From NCBI GenBank assembly GCA_002633005.1, contig NMRA01001267.1, positions 1-32,667 of the forward strand: a stretch of 32,667 nucleotides of DNA. The letters run 5' to 3'. The translations under genes were made by a program, and so were the position numbers. The notes under the pieces are model-generated. The model ran no database searches. It was not told the origin of the DNA and saw only the letters and a list, made by a program, of their open reading frames with translations. Positions 1-12,500 of the stretch are shown one piece after another (positions within the stretch are counted from its first letter, which is position 1; each line of letters begins with the position of its first letter). The DNA comes from Phoronis australis. Taxonomy: Eukaryota; Animalia; Phoronida.

Positions 1-1400
1 CAGGTCATCTTAGGAAGAAGAAATGAAAAGAGCAGCAAGCCGATTCATTCGAATTAAGGTAGCTTGGTCTGCCTGCGTCATTCAGCAACGTCGGGCTGTG
101 CTGCAAGCCGCCAAAACTTGTCCTCCCAGTCTCATCTGTGGTGGAAGAATATAAAGTTTCACAAGTGCGAGCCAATATCACTGTGCGGACTACATCTGAC
201 CTGGCCATCAGTGGATGCAGCAGCCAGTCACGCACCGGCAGAAAATGGTCCACCACATCGACGACCAGCGAAGCAGAAAGTCGGCTGAGCCACAAGCAAT
301 TAATAGGAACAGCTTGCCAGAGTAGGCAAGAACTGCGCTACAAGACCGAGAAGCCAGCAAGGAAAATTTTTAAAGACCCAGACAAAGATAGAATAATCAG
401 GGAAGTTAGATTGTCAGAGAACAAAGAAAGGTATGCCCGAGTGTGGGAACAACAACGCAAGCTATAATACTACACCGAGCAGTCCAGATGGGTCAGCAGG
501 TGGCGTGGACAAAGTGGGACAAAGACTTGAAAAGGGAAATAAAGTGGGCGGATTTGTGGAAGATGTCTCATTTGAAAGCAAATTCCTCGTCAAATCTCTT
601 TATGATTTACTGCCTACTCCCAGCAACCTTGCTACTTGGGGTCTTACTGACGACCCAACTTGTATTCAATATGGACGCAGGTGTACTTTAGAGCACATCC
701 TATCATCTTGCAGCGCGTCTTTGGGATCAGGAAGGTACATCTACCGACACAACAAGGTACTGAAAGTCTTCGCAAGGGTGTTGGTTGATGTAGTCAAGAG
801 CAAACCAAAGTCGAGAAGCCACCTGATCGCGGAATTCATCAGTTTTAGAAGAAGTGGCGATGAGGCAAGGCATCCTGCACACAGCCAACGACTGGAAAGT
901 GTGGGTTGATCTTGCCGGTCACCGTCATTCTTCCCACAGCACGTTGTCCAGACTACCCAGCGCCCTGATTTGTTCATTTATTCGGACAGTTCTCGCCAGG
1001 TCATCCTGATCGAACTCAGAGTAGGGTCCCGGTGGAAGAAGCACATGAGCGGAAGAACCTGACGTATGCAGACCTGGAGAATGACTGCCACGTAAACGGC
1101 TGGAGGTGTTGGAGTTTTTCTGTGGAGGTTGGCTGCCGGGGTTTTCCGGCCAGTTCAGTCACTGCTGTGGCTAAGTCTCTAGGTGTCTCTGTGACAGGAA
1201 AGAAGGCTCTTTTACGCGATGTGGCCACCGAAACCGAACAGCATCTTGTTGGGTTTGGATGAATCACCAACAGTAATACCATCAAAAACTGTCACGCAGA
1301 GTCTGATCAACTCTGTTGTCCCGCCTATTAGATATGGTCTTGGTTTAGAGACGAAGCCATTAACGACATTAGGAGACCAACTGAAGATGACGGTTGAGCA
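1..1400 (+). mobile_element. Decayed 3' portion of a HERO-like non-LTR retrotransposon (restriction-like endonuclease clade); 5' end runs off the window
   Basis: Frameshifted pieces join into the typical C-terminal ORF: LGLPASFSNVGL..LPVSSVVEEYKV; RTGRKWS..EAESRLSHKQLIG; RAVQMGQQVAWTKWD..REIKWADLWKM; FLVKSLYDLLPTPSNLATWG; a CCHC knuckle with one Cys changed to Tyr (CIQY..LEHILSSC); GRYIYRHNKVL; a PD-(D/E)xK nuclease (TTQRPDLFIYS..VILIEL..EEAHERKNLTY..VEVGCRGF); ending ASCWVWMNHQQ-stop at 1274-1276. Multiple frameshifts and stops. The 3' UTR end (~1400) is approximate. Confidence 0.85.
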
Positions 1401-1936
1401 CAGTTCCATCAAGTAGTTGCAGGCTATGATCTCTGTGCAAATGCCAGAGAAAATCAGTTTGGGTGTTGTTGAGACAGTAGTTCTAGCTATTACCTTTCCA
1501 TTTCATTAGGTCAGATCTACATCAATACAAAGGGCGAGCTGAATAGGCATCATAAAAATTGTCTGGGGCTGAGGGAATCTGACCGGTGATCAGTGTAAGC
1601 GAGAACTTCTCCACATGCAATTGCTGAATTACATGAGCATCAGATGAAAGCAGACAATAAGAGAGCTGGACTATGTAAACATTGGTTTGCTACCGTCAAA
1701 TTGATAACGACACGACTGTATCGGCCTGGCAGATCAGTCAGTCGGGATACTTATTCCACTGCGCGGGTACGTAACGACAACTTTTGGTGTCAAGTGTCCA
1801 GATAATGGGACTTTATTCGGAAAATTTCTTCTTAAAAGCCCTCTCAGAGTCAACTTTTTGTCTCAAATTCAGTTTTGTGGAACATTTATCATTTACAAAA
1901 ACGAACAAGGTGTTGGCGAACTATGCATCTATTAAC

Positions 1937-2063
1937 ACTTTCCGTTTACAAGCCCCCCTTTTCCGAATAAACGCCCGGGCGTTTATTTGGTGTTACTAGA
2001 ACACCTGAAAATTTTCATTTTCCGAATACACGCCCATGAGCTTATCTACGGAAAATCCCGGTA
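1937..2063. mobile_element. Remnant of a Tc2/pogo-type MITE
   Basis: Right end reads ...CGGAAAATCCCGG|TA. It has repeated TTTTCCGAATA(A/C)ACGCCC units and a 28-bp near-perfect palindrome at 1963-1990 (CCGAATAAACGCCC GGGCGTTTATTTGG). The left terminus is not clearly preserved. Confidence 0.4.
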
Positions 2064-2481
2064 CTATTATATATTTGTACGTCTTTGGTAGCACTGTACA
2101 GTTAGAGTGTAGCCATAGGACATTTTCTAGTCTAGTCCGTAGAATTTAAATACAGGGCGTGTGTCAAATTTGGTGGGTGGTTTGAGCAATTTGTTGAAAA
2201 AAATGCCAGGAAACTGATTTACTTTTCTTTTTGAATGAAAAAAGCCAAGTTTTTTAGCCGTGACCCACTTTCCATGCAAAATGGTGGCTCAGTCGTTTGT
2301 TTTCAACCGCTATCGCCTTGAGAAAACGGGTGCGATTTCAGGTGGCTGTCAGACGGATCGGAATTGCCAAAAAAGTAGCTAGTAAGGGGCGTACCATGAC
2401 CACATTTTTAGAATCTAGAGAGAACAAGCATTCTGAATCTGTAGTCAGATTTTTTCCTAGCACTTGCAGGGAAGTAGTAAA

Positions 2482-2703
2482 CAGTGGCAGATCTACGTTT
2501 TCAGTAAGGAGGGGGGTTAGGATTTGAGCGCATCCGAGGCGCGTAGCGCCGAGCGGAAGGAAGGTCGGGAGGGGGTTTCCCTCCTCCCGTGTAAGATTTT
2601 TGTGGTTTTTAGAAACTGATTTCGTTTTTCTGACGAAAATTTTTCAACTTTTATTTTTGATCCTGTCCCGAGGGGGGTTGAACCCCCTGTAGATCTGCCT
2701 CTG
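2482..2703. mobile_element. MITE with CAGTGGCAGATCTAC TIRs (hAT-like termini) and a 5-bp flanking duplication
   Basis: TIRs CAGTGGCAGATCTAC and GTAGATCTGCCTCTG match 14/15. GTAAA lies directly on both sides (2477-2481 and 2704-2708). The interior is GC-rich. Confidence 0.75.
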
Positions 2704-4546
2704 GTAAATTTGGGGAGAAAATTGTCAAATTTGGGGTTTTTGGTCCTATTTGTGTGTGCCGGTATTTTGCCCGATAGCCGATTAAAAAGCTGTAGCAGAA
2801 TTAAGTTTCAGTAATCATGAGTAGTGCTTTTGAGTTGGCAACGCCAAAAAACTGGGTTTTTTTTCTTACTTTCGATAAGGACGTGAGGTAAGGACTCGTC
2901 TCCACTTGGCTGTGTGTCGGCAGCCAAAACCCTGTAATACTAGAACTGTAGTGCAAAGAGATAAATATAACTAGAGTTGAAGTCACGTGGTTTTCGTTGA
3001 GCGGAGTGGTCCGCCATCTTGCTGATGAACCATGTTAGTGGAGATGCGTGTGTACTGTGCAGTATCTAGGAACCAATGTTGGTAGCAACTCAAGATTTTA
3101 AGTAAAAACTCATAGCTTTTTTGTTAGTATCATCAAGTGCAAACTAGGATTTTTTGAAAATCATCCAAGAAAATCATTGCATGCTTGAGCACAGAATAAA
3201 AGGGTCATTAGTTATAGCAGAAAATATAAAAAATAAAAAAAATAAAGTTTGATTTCTAGTATAAAGATTAGACCTAGAATCAATGATATAATTCAAGTTT
3301 TTTTGTCTTTCGAGGTTTAAAAATTGAAACTGAAATAAAAGGATTTTGTGGGTGAGAATCCCATCGCAGAAACAACATTGTTCAACTTAATTTGGTCCCT
3401 CTGAGAAAACCCACTTAAGTCGATGTTTCATGGTCTTTTACTTGACTTTCCTTTTACTTGTCTTTAAGGGTTTAGTGACCAAGATATCTGTTGTTTTCTA
3501 GCAACGAAGAAACACAAAAAGTGACTACAAGATTAATAGTTGTGTATTTTTACAAATTGGACACCAATTCGAAGATTTATTAAAGTAGCCAGGTTACTGA
3601 GAATAGAACAGGATCCAAGGAAGGGATAGCTCAGGAATGATACACCCCCCAATGTTGTAATGAGACGTAGATGGGTTGTTTCGGTAGATTTCAAGAGATG
3701 GGAAAAATGTTCTGTAGCCTGGAGAGCTTTTAAAATCTGCAACTGTCTTACTCGAGGAAAACCATTATTTTTGTATTCTGTCCTGTTTATGGTCTTCTGA
3801 TACTTACATAGTATTAATGCTTGGGTATGTAGGACAGGGCAGGTAGAGTTTACGACCATTGAGTTTTGTCATTTTATTTATTTTGTGGCGGGGTGTTGTC
3901 AGTATAAATGTACTAGTAACATATTTGTGTGCCAGTAAATGTCGGATTCAGCTGAATTGAGTTGGTTGAAATCTGACTTCTTGGAAGTGGAGTGCATGTA
4001 TGGTACCAGTAAGGTACAGTAACTTTGTACCAGCTAGACATTTCCCTTTTACTGTCACGGTGTGATTTTACTGGTGATATTTTGAAATAAATATATTTTG
4101 AAATAAACCAAAACTTTATTGTTTGAAATAGTTACAGTATCTCATTGTGTTGTTTCTGTTTGAACATTTTTCTTGTCCTTCTCGTTCTGGATGGCCAATA
4201 ATATGGAAGTGTGCTTGTTATTGACAGAAAAAAAACGGCGATTCCCCACATCATGGTCGTATAATAGGGGTACACTGAGTGGCGTAAAAATTAATATTGG
4301 TAAAAATTAATAATGCGAACGCCTTTTTAAAACTCTAGTTCCGCGGCGTGTCAAGTTGTTTTACAGCAGAGTCTATAATCCAACATTTTGAACTGTGTGA
4401 CCATGTCGTTTCAAACTGTACAAATTACCAGTTCGCCTCGCTAAGATGAATTAGATACTAGGACAAATAATACCACGAAGTGGTTATCTCGTCCTGGTAA
4501 TACTAGATTGTTAAAGAAAAGTAGCGTATCACTGAAATAATTTTCC

Positions 4547-5416
4547 TTAAGACACCTCAGCACCCTTAGGGCTACATGCGTTTTATTTTTTGAAAAAACG
4601 TCTGAAAATTAATGTACAGTAATTATTATTCCTTGGTATAACGTGAAGTAGGCAATTCCAATCACCTTTCGGGAAATTGCGTCTGCGCAAATGCATACGT
4701 CGACCTCCGTCTTCGGCCGCTCAAGCAGTGGTGTTCACAGGCACACGCGTGTAACCGATGTATACAATGTGTGTGCCTTACCAACCAGTACAGGGTGTTT
4801 TTGGTGTCGTGCATTCTTCTTTTTTCATTGAAATAACACATCAGTTATTAAAACTCTATCGTTTTGCAAAATTTTGCTGCCACCTTTTATTCAAACTGAC
4901 TTATGCCCTCAATTCCGAATACACACATATACAGTTCCATTGGTTATTTGTTGCATACAATGACACGACTTTACATGCACGCATATTGTTCATCGATTTT
5001 CATGGGTTTCTATTAATTTTTTTCTACTTTGTGTTNTTGATTCCCGAAGTATTATCCAAGAAAAAAAGGCAAAAACCAAAAAAAAAAAACAAAAAAAACA
5101 GAGAAAGTGTCAAACAGGAAAAACTGCAACTACCACAAACTCGAACTCACGACTTGGCGGATAATGCGCACGTGCTTAACCAGTGCACCACCACGACTTA
5201 ACTCCTAATTTGTTTCTAAGAGACCTACTTGTTTATGGTTCACAGCGTTTGCGCGCGAAACCTCTGTCTTTTTGTAATGCTTATTACATGTTTTGTATTT
5301 TGTGCAATCAGTTCGTAACAAAATTTGCTGTATTTAAAATAGTGTTCATTGCCCAAAAGACCAAATCCGTTTTTGTGTTGGCAAAAATGACGCGATTGCT
5401 TTGGAAATCGTCTTAA
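4547..5416. mobile_element. Possible TTAA-bounded non-autonomous DNA element (Kolobok-like termini TTAA|GAC...GTC|TTAA)
   Basis: Only a 7-bp inverted terminus (TTAAGAC/GTCTTAA) supports it. The interior contains a tRNA-like head and an A-rich tract. Confidence 0.25.
5135..5195 (-). repeat. tRNA-derived (Pol III A/B box) head
   Basis: Minus strand GTGGTGCACTGGTTAAGCACG...GTCGTGAGTTCGAGT gives an A-box-like TGGTGCACTGG and a B-box-like GTTCGAGT. No complete cloverleaf is seen. Confidence 0.5.
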
Positions 5417-6096
5417 GTTAAGGTTTGACAAAGAGAGAATTGTGAGTTTCTGAGTGATTCACCAAGGCTTCGATTAAAATTGACATCTTACCAGCAGCTT
5501 CTGTTTTTCATCATCACTCAGATTCCATTTTCTTTAAAAATCTGAGCCCCCCCCAAACACTAAAACTGCACACATTTAAATCTTGTTTCAGCCGTATAAT
5601 TTTAAATACCGGGGTTAATTAATAAACTCAACATTTCCCTACGCTCTCGCTGTTTTATTTTTTTGCGGCAGCTAAGGAGGGACTCCTCCCTAAATCCGCC
5701 TATGTTATAAACAACGGGGACTGAAAAATAGGTACTGTACAATTATAGGGACGAAAAAGCTCAGGACCTAGCAGCACTCCGTGAGAATTTCAGCCAGAGC
5801 ATTAGGAATTTTGTCTTTGCAATGGCTTATATGACCGTTTAAGCAATGCGTGGGTCACAGGTTTACATTGCTTTATGTTACCAATATTCTACAACCTCGT
5901 TAGTATTTAAAATTTCAAATTTTATTCTGAAAAATCCCCGGCTTCCATAAGGCCACCGTGCTTTTGTTTACATAGCGTTCATCATCAATATGGCTTGCGA
6001 GTATAGTCGAGTCGTCTCTCTCTATATATAGCTCATTGCTGTAGTGTAGGCCTACCTCCTTTTCTTGAGTCGCTGCCTATTTTGAGGCTATGAAAG

Positions 6097-6152
6097 TACC
6101 CGAGATTTTCCGAATGACTACGGGAATACCCGAGATGTTCCGGACGGTTCCC
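6097..6152 (+). promoter_or_regulatory. Candidate proximal promoter element of the calpain gene (duplicated TACCCGAGAT(T/G)TTCCG motif)
   Basis: Two copies 30 bp apart (6097, 6127) in a locally CpG-rich patch about 200-250 bp upstream of the ATG. Function is inferred from position only. Confidence 0.25.
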
Positions 6153-6352
6153 GAATTTAACGCGAGCTCATTGCCATCTTTCACTTAAGGTTATAAGTAG
6201 GTCAAGGCGGTTTGTTGTTTTCTGTGCGATTTTCAAATCTTTTGAATTATTCTCTGACACTTAAGTCCTACCACTGGATTGTAATTCAACAATAGCGTGC
6301 CCATTTGTATTCTGGCTCGTTAAGAAGTAGAATACAAGACATTTAACGTAGA

Positions 6353-6562
6353 ATGCATCGGGGTAACGTCGAACGAAGTCCACCACGAAACTTATTGTCG
6401 TCTGCCCGGGATTCGGGAAGTCCACGGAGTGACTTTGACGGAATAAGAACGTCTTGCCTGAGGAAAGGTGTCTTGTATGAAGACCCGGAGTTCCCTGCAA
6501 CAGATACTTCTGTTTACTTCAGCAGACATCCACCATTTGCCTTAGAGTGGAAAAGACCTAGA
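6353..6562 (+). CDS. Calpain coding exon 1 (short N-terminus and start of CysPc)
   Basis: MHRGNV...FDGIRTSCLRKGVLYEDPEFPATDTSVYFSRHPPFALEWKRPR, followed by donor GTAAGT at 6563 (phase 0). Use of the ATG at 6353 as the true start is inferred. Confidence 0.88.
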
Positions 6563-9500
6563 GTAAGTTAAGTCTGGTGCTAGACAGCTAGTGACCACCT
6601 CCACTTACCTGTCCTAGACCTAGGCAATGACCATCGCCTCTGTTGGCCCGACCAGAGGCGATGCAGCTCCTATAGGCGCTCCATATTCCAGAAGCTTTTT
6701 GGGGAATTATGCCTCGCACTGGCTAAAGCATGAAAGTCACGTTGTTATAAATACCTTTTGCGCATAGAGGGACACCTTAGGAGGTTGTTGGTGTGTTTAA
6801 TTCCTTCCAACTCAAACAAATACTTCCGTTATTGAAATTTTTGTTCGAGCAGTCACTCGTTCAGTTCCCAATTGCCTACTACTTGCCTAGCTTGACTGGT
6901 TAGAGTCAGAGACGGTGGAGGCAACTACATCGCCCCGGATGCCGCAGGCATACAGGGCGATGGTACATCCTCATAAAAAATTACTCATTTCAAAATACAG
7001 CAAAAACATCAAATGGACCTAGCCAGCCAGCTAGCTATATGAAGACTGTCGTCAAAGTATACAGCTTTGTACCAAGGCTAAAATGAACCATAGGAGCCTA
7101 TAGGAACATGGAATTAACACATACCATGACTCTGGATACAAATTAGTCAACATAACTTGAACCTTGAAAATCTGTTTCTCTTAGCGGGTGTGCATGTTGG
7201 CGAATAAAAAGTCCAAGGGACACAAATCTTACAAATTTCACGTGACACTTTCCCACGCTATTTTGCAAGTGTCACGTGCCAGCATCATGCTCTTTGCTCA
7301 GTTTCACACTAGCCTAGCTCACGTGACTCAGTAGAAATACTTTGTAGTTATTGCACGTGTGGTGAAAAAGTTAACAATGACCAAAAAGTGGAGTTGGAAT
7401 TCTTCGCCAAAGTTACCTTAATTGCCGTAGCTATACTTCATTGCAGATATGTGTAGAAGTAAAACGGATCACTGAAGAAAGTAAGCATTTTTTAAGTCAT
7501 AGTTTTAAGTGTAGAATGTATTTTTGATGAGGTGAAACGCAATCGGTGAGCGTATTTCACCTTCTGCCCGTTTAGAATATACGCGACGAAATTCGTACAG
7601 AAAGTGATGGGAAGTATTGTAGTCCCTAACCGGCCAACCGAGGGGCTATGTGTTGCCTAGAGATAGTGAAGCTGCGCTTCATATGCTGGAAACTTTTTGG
7701 CGAATTTTGCCTCAAACCAATTAAAACATCAAAGTCGTATTGTTATGAATACCTTTTGGGCATAGAAGGGCAATACACTTCTTCATTCATCAACGAGATT
7801 GTTGAGAAAAAACATTTTTCCAGGTCCGATATTAGTTCACCAGTGTAGCGCATTTAGTGATTGGCTTACCTTGACTCCTGGGGTGATGGAGGTCGATCTT
7901 TTTGTAATTAAAATTTAGATGGTGCAAACTAGCGTAGTGATGCAATCACAAGCTGAAAGGATTTAGACTCCCAACAGCTTCCAAAGGTGTCCAGCCACAC
8001 ACATGGCTTGTTAAGTTACTTCGGATACAGTGACGCGACTTTCATAGTTTGTCCAGAAATTCTTTAACATATAGAATTGTTTGGAATGTGCCACTGTCTA
8101 GGTAGCTGTATGAAAAGTGGTGTCAAAATATAGCTAGGAGTTGGTGGATGTAAATTTAATATAGACCTCGAAACTTCACACTGCCTGGGGAAATTCTGTT
8201 TGTCACCTCACATAAAACTTATGATATTAACATGTAGAGCTAAGGACCGGATGGTGTGCAAAAATAATTTGTAAATCATGCAACACCTACCTTGTGGGTT
8301 GAAACCATTTTAAGCGAAAAATAATTTTGTAATAGAACGATCTGTTGTCAACTTGAAAATATGTACCATTTTCTAATTTTTGCGACATCTTTCAGGAGAC
8401 AATTACACTTCACCGAAGCAAATTTTGGTCAGAAATTTGATTTGCTAAAATCCTTAATACTCATAACAAAGTGAAACCAATTCTGATAATTTGTTATGAA
8501 ATGTAGACAACCTTGTGGAAGAACAGTTTATATAAGAATCGGTGAAAAAAGAAATTAGTCAATAAGGGACGCTCAATTTCTTGGCACTCAAAGCTCCAGA
8601 TTTAGTAGCAGAATAACAGTACAACTGTAATTTCGTTAGCTTCTGTAACCTAGCACTCAAGTAGGAATGTAGTTTTTAATGACATTAATTTTGTGTCAGG
8701 CTTTACTTGGCATTTTTTTTACTTTTTTACTCCTATTCTTCCAAACCACAATTTTGTACCAAATCAAGTCTATTGCTAGCCAGCTAGCCTGTCCATATAC
8801 CCAACATTTGAAAATGAAAAAGTGGCCATACTGCAGGAACCAAATGTTTGCTTCAACACCCAAAAATACACCGATGGCGTTATGTCATCTTTTTTGTTAT
8901 GCCTGTGAAATTGAATGGGAAAATAGGGGTAAGTCATGTGGAAAATTTTGGTGTGTCAAAAAATTGGGACACATTCTGATGGTGTGGCAGGACATGGGAC
9001 ATACTTTCAAAATGTGGGACAGTTCTGCCAAAAGCAGAATTTTGGCTAGTATGTGTTGCGTAGACACAAGAAACTTAAGATCTGACTACGAGATTTCGGC
9101 TTGCCACGAATTGCAAGCAAAGCACATGATGGTGATGGTGATGGTGATGATAACATTTCTTGCGATTGTGGTGGGTCTACAGAACATAACCTCTGTCTAG
9201 CCTGGAAGTGGAGTAAGCATAGCATAAGCATAGCATGCTGTATGATTCAATATTTTCTTTTTGATGCTATACTTAAACATGTTTTAACCACAGGTTTAAG
9301 ACTTGGGTATGAACACGAATGTGTAGTAAAAACTGGAACATTTTTTGCCTAACTGTGACGAACTTGCACATGACTGGGAAACTTTCTCTTTGAAGACTAG
9401 ACTTGGTACACAAACCTGTGCTACCTGGCAAACATGTACTTTTGCTGTTGGTATTTTTATGAGGTATTTTAAACTGCTGAGTACCAGTGTGCAGTCAGGC

Positions 9501-12500
9501 GTGTGTATTTTGACCCTCCAGGTATTGTGTCCTTGGTAGGGCGTGGTTGACAAAAGTGGCATTACGAGGGCTTGGAATTTTCCTCTTTTAAGAGGATTTC
9601 CTATTTTTTTTGATTTGATTTCCTCTTAATTGGTTTCTAGATTCCTCTTTTTCTGTCTCTTTTTTATCATTATATCGACTTTATTCATGTATAAACGTTT
9701 ATTTCAGTTAAGTTTTACAACACAAAAAATAACAATACATTACCTGAAATATTTTCCTCTTTTTTGTCATTGGTTATTCCAAGCCCTGCATTATCTTGGT
9801 TAAAGTGAATTATTACCTGAAACGTGTGCTCTGGATTTGTTAATCTATCTGTCCTTTAAAACGTGAGGAATTGGTTAAAATTGACCATTTTCTCTTTTTA
9901 GAAGATGTGAATGCATCTAAATAAGACAGAAAAACTGGTCACATTTGCCGACGTAAGGAAATCAGTACGCCACGAAGTACAATTAAAGCGAATAAACATA
10001 AAACAAACATTGTGCAACAAATTAATCTGTTTTCAAAAGTCAATACTTTAATAAGAGGTAGGTTGTCGCCCAACAAATCAAGCATAATTGCTTTCATGTT
10101 CTTAATATTTCCAAGTTTGCAATAGCCATTTTCTGAAAAAGAGACAAAAAACTACTAAGTTGTATGTTAATAGATGGTGTCCGAATATTGTGTGGTGGTT
10201 ATTTGATATTTTTAATTAGGTCAAGCAGAAGTTTGCTTTCATGCTGTCGTTAGACTAGTGTGTGTCAGATATTTGCTTCTGAATAGGAGTTTGTCTTATT
10301 TGGGAATCTGACTATCACTGACTGGCGGAGTCCTTGGTCAGTAAATGCTTGGTTCTCACATAATCAGAAAACAGAAAAGAGACAATTCATACCTGCTTGT
10401 TAAACTTTTGGGATAAACCAGACACCTTGCTGGTATTAATCATATTTTTATTTGACATGTACACTTATCATTTCAGTGTTTTGAAAGTCATGAAGTCTTT
10501 GCAAAAATCACTCACACATGTGTATTACTATTTTATCCAGGATAGAATTCCAGGCATTTAGAAATTTACTTTGGCATGTTTAGCCTGCCAAGTGTCTTGC
10601 ATTAGTCGAGGTTATCTCTGAAGTGTCCCCTTTCTTTTTAGTGGACATTTGATTAATAGCAAACGAGTATCTCATTAACTTTTGCTTTATCACTACTAGA
10701 ACTAAAAATTCTGCAAAGCACATCACTTATCAGTGATGAACAGTGTGTCATTAAAAAAACAAGGAAAATTGGTGTTAAATAATTTTTGTTTTGAATTCAT
10801 GTTCTTGTATCTGTGAAAGTGCTTCAGGTAACACCACGTCTTTGTCTGGACCTTTATCAAATTCCGGATTTGCTACATTTTCTCATGGTTTAACAAAAAT
10901 CTCCTTGTTCATGATAAGGTGTGTAATACAATTGTTATTGACTACCACAGTGATTTCAGGCCTGCCTGTATTTATTTTGGCAGGTGAATGTTTTGATTAT
11001 AAGCCTGTCTGGGATCTGCTGTTTTTATAAGTCCATAAGTAATGTTAGTCAAAGTGAAAACGTCTTTGACTGTTTTATGAGAATTGCAATTAGAGATACA
11101 ATATCTCTCCTAAAATACTATACAATTCTGACATTCAAAAGGTGCCTTTGGAAATAATATCTGAAAATCGATGAAGTTAGTAAATGTCATGTGCCAGACA
11201 GCAGCTGACCATGATTAAAACAGCTGATCACTAAATTAGTACTTGTGCTAAATGTGGTACTGTCTTCATTGCTGCTGGTGCTAGTAATCATTTTTACAAG
11301 CCATGGTGGGTTGTTTGTGGCTTGAAAAGTACGCAGAAATTCTGGTATCTCAATCAGGCTGTTTAGAGATCTTGAACTGGCTTTATGCACACTTTCTGTC
11401 CAAGAGTCAAACTTATGATTTAGACAATTTATCACTTATAAAATTGATTTCAACTTGTTCCTTACTCAGGCGAGAAATGATTTTTGGGTTTACAAAAGAC
11501 TGACAGTTGGTTATTCATTGACACTGTGCTTTGCGCAACTTCAGGCACCTGATATCTAGGGATAACAAGCTGTCAGTTCTTCCAAGACAGTGTGGCTCAG
11601 TGGTTAGAGCTCCAGACTCCCTCCTGTGTTCAAATCCTGGCTTCACTGGCTGACATTGGAGCATTGCACAAAGATGTCTCTTATTCCTCAGAGCTCGGTC
11701 TTATGAATGTGTGCAAGGGAGTGAATGAGAACCTGTTGAGGACATTTGCTGTATATTAGCCCTTGGCTAAAGTATGCTTCCTTTATTAAAAAAAGAATCC
11801 TTGAAATCACAAAAGAACATATTGAGACCAATTTCACCACAGCAAGTCAGGTCTCAATCAAAAGTTGTTTTTTGTGAGTCAAGTTTTTAGCCACTTTAAG
11901 TTTGTGTTCTTATCATAGACTATATAGTACATGGACCACCAACTCCGTATATTTTCACTAGCGACACCTGGCAGACATAACACACTCTACTTCCGACAAG
12001 TACCTCGTCTGCTAATCATGGTCATTTTGTCGGTAATTGGATGGGCGATTTTGCCCAACTCTCATCCATGTTTAAATAAGTTGAATGCTCGTAAAACGTT
12101 ACTTTCTTAAATAAAGCTCATATTAATACTGCAGAAGTAACCACCAGGCCTACTTAAAAACAATTCTCGTACTTCAACGGCAGTTTACATATTTAAGCTT
12201 GAATGCATGCCGGTGCCACTCAAAATTTCTGGACTCTACTGTTGGAAGTCAAGACCTTGAAAAGCATTTCAATGCCAAAATTGCTTTTTTTAGTTGTACT
12301 AGACAGTAAAGTAGATGGAAGAATTTCCCATCACAATACACTAACTGGAAGCTGAGCTTGCTATGTTTAGAGGGTGGCGCCTCCTCTAGGATATTTCGCA
12401 AGAAAATGTCGGGAGTTGCAAATCTGTTGTCTATAATCTATGGCTCTTAATACAAGTTGCAAACTTAAAGGTGCATGAAACAAAAATCGAATTACGGTAG

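Noticed and set aside
5685-5704. Further MITE ending CCCTAAATCCGCCTATG
   Set aside because: Only one terminus is visible; no matching left TIR or target duplication was found.
7525-7562. Hammerhead ribozyme-like string TTGATGA-GGT-GAAA-CGC...GCG-TA
   Set aside because: The core C is missing, there is no stem II and no stem I pairing. It folds better as a simple AGGTGAAA/TTTCACCT hairpin.
8679-9200. 173-aa ORF, and the similar 147-aa ORF at 4758-5201
   Set aside because: No recognisable domain; the ORFs run through low-complexity sequence ((GATGGT)n, A-tract) and lack exon-like support.
11586-11645. Functional tRNA gene (also 5135-5195 and 32041-32111)
   Set aside because: A and B boxes are present but complete cloverleaves cannot be formed, so these were treated as tRNA-derived repeats.
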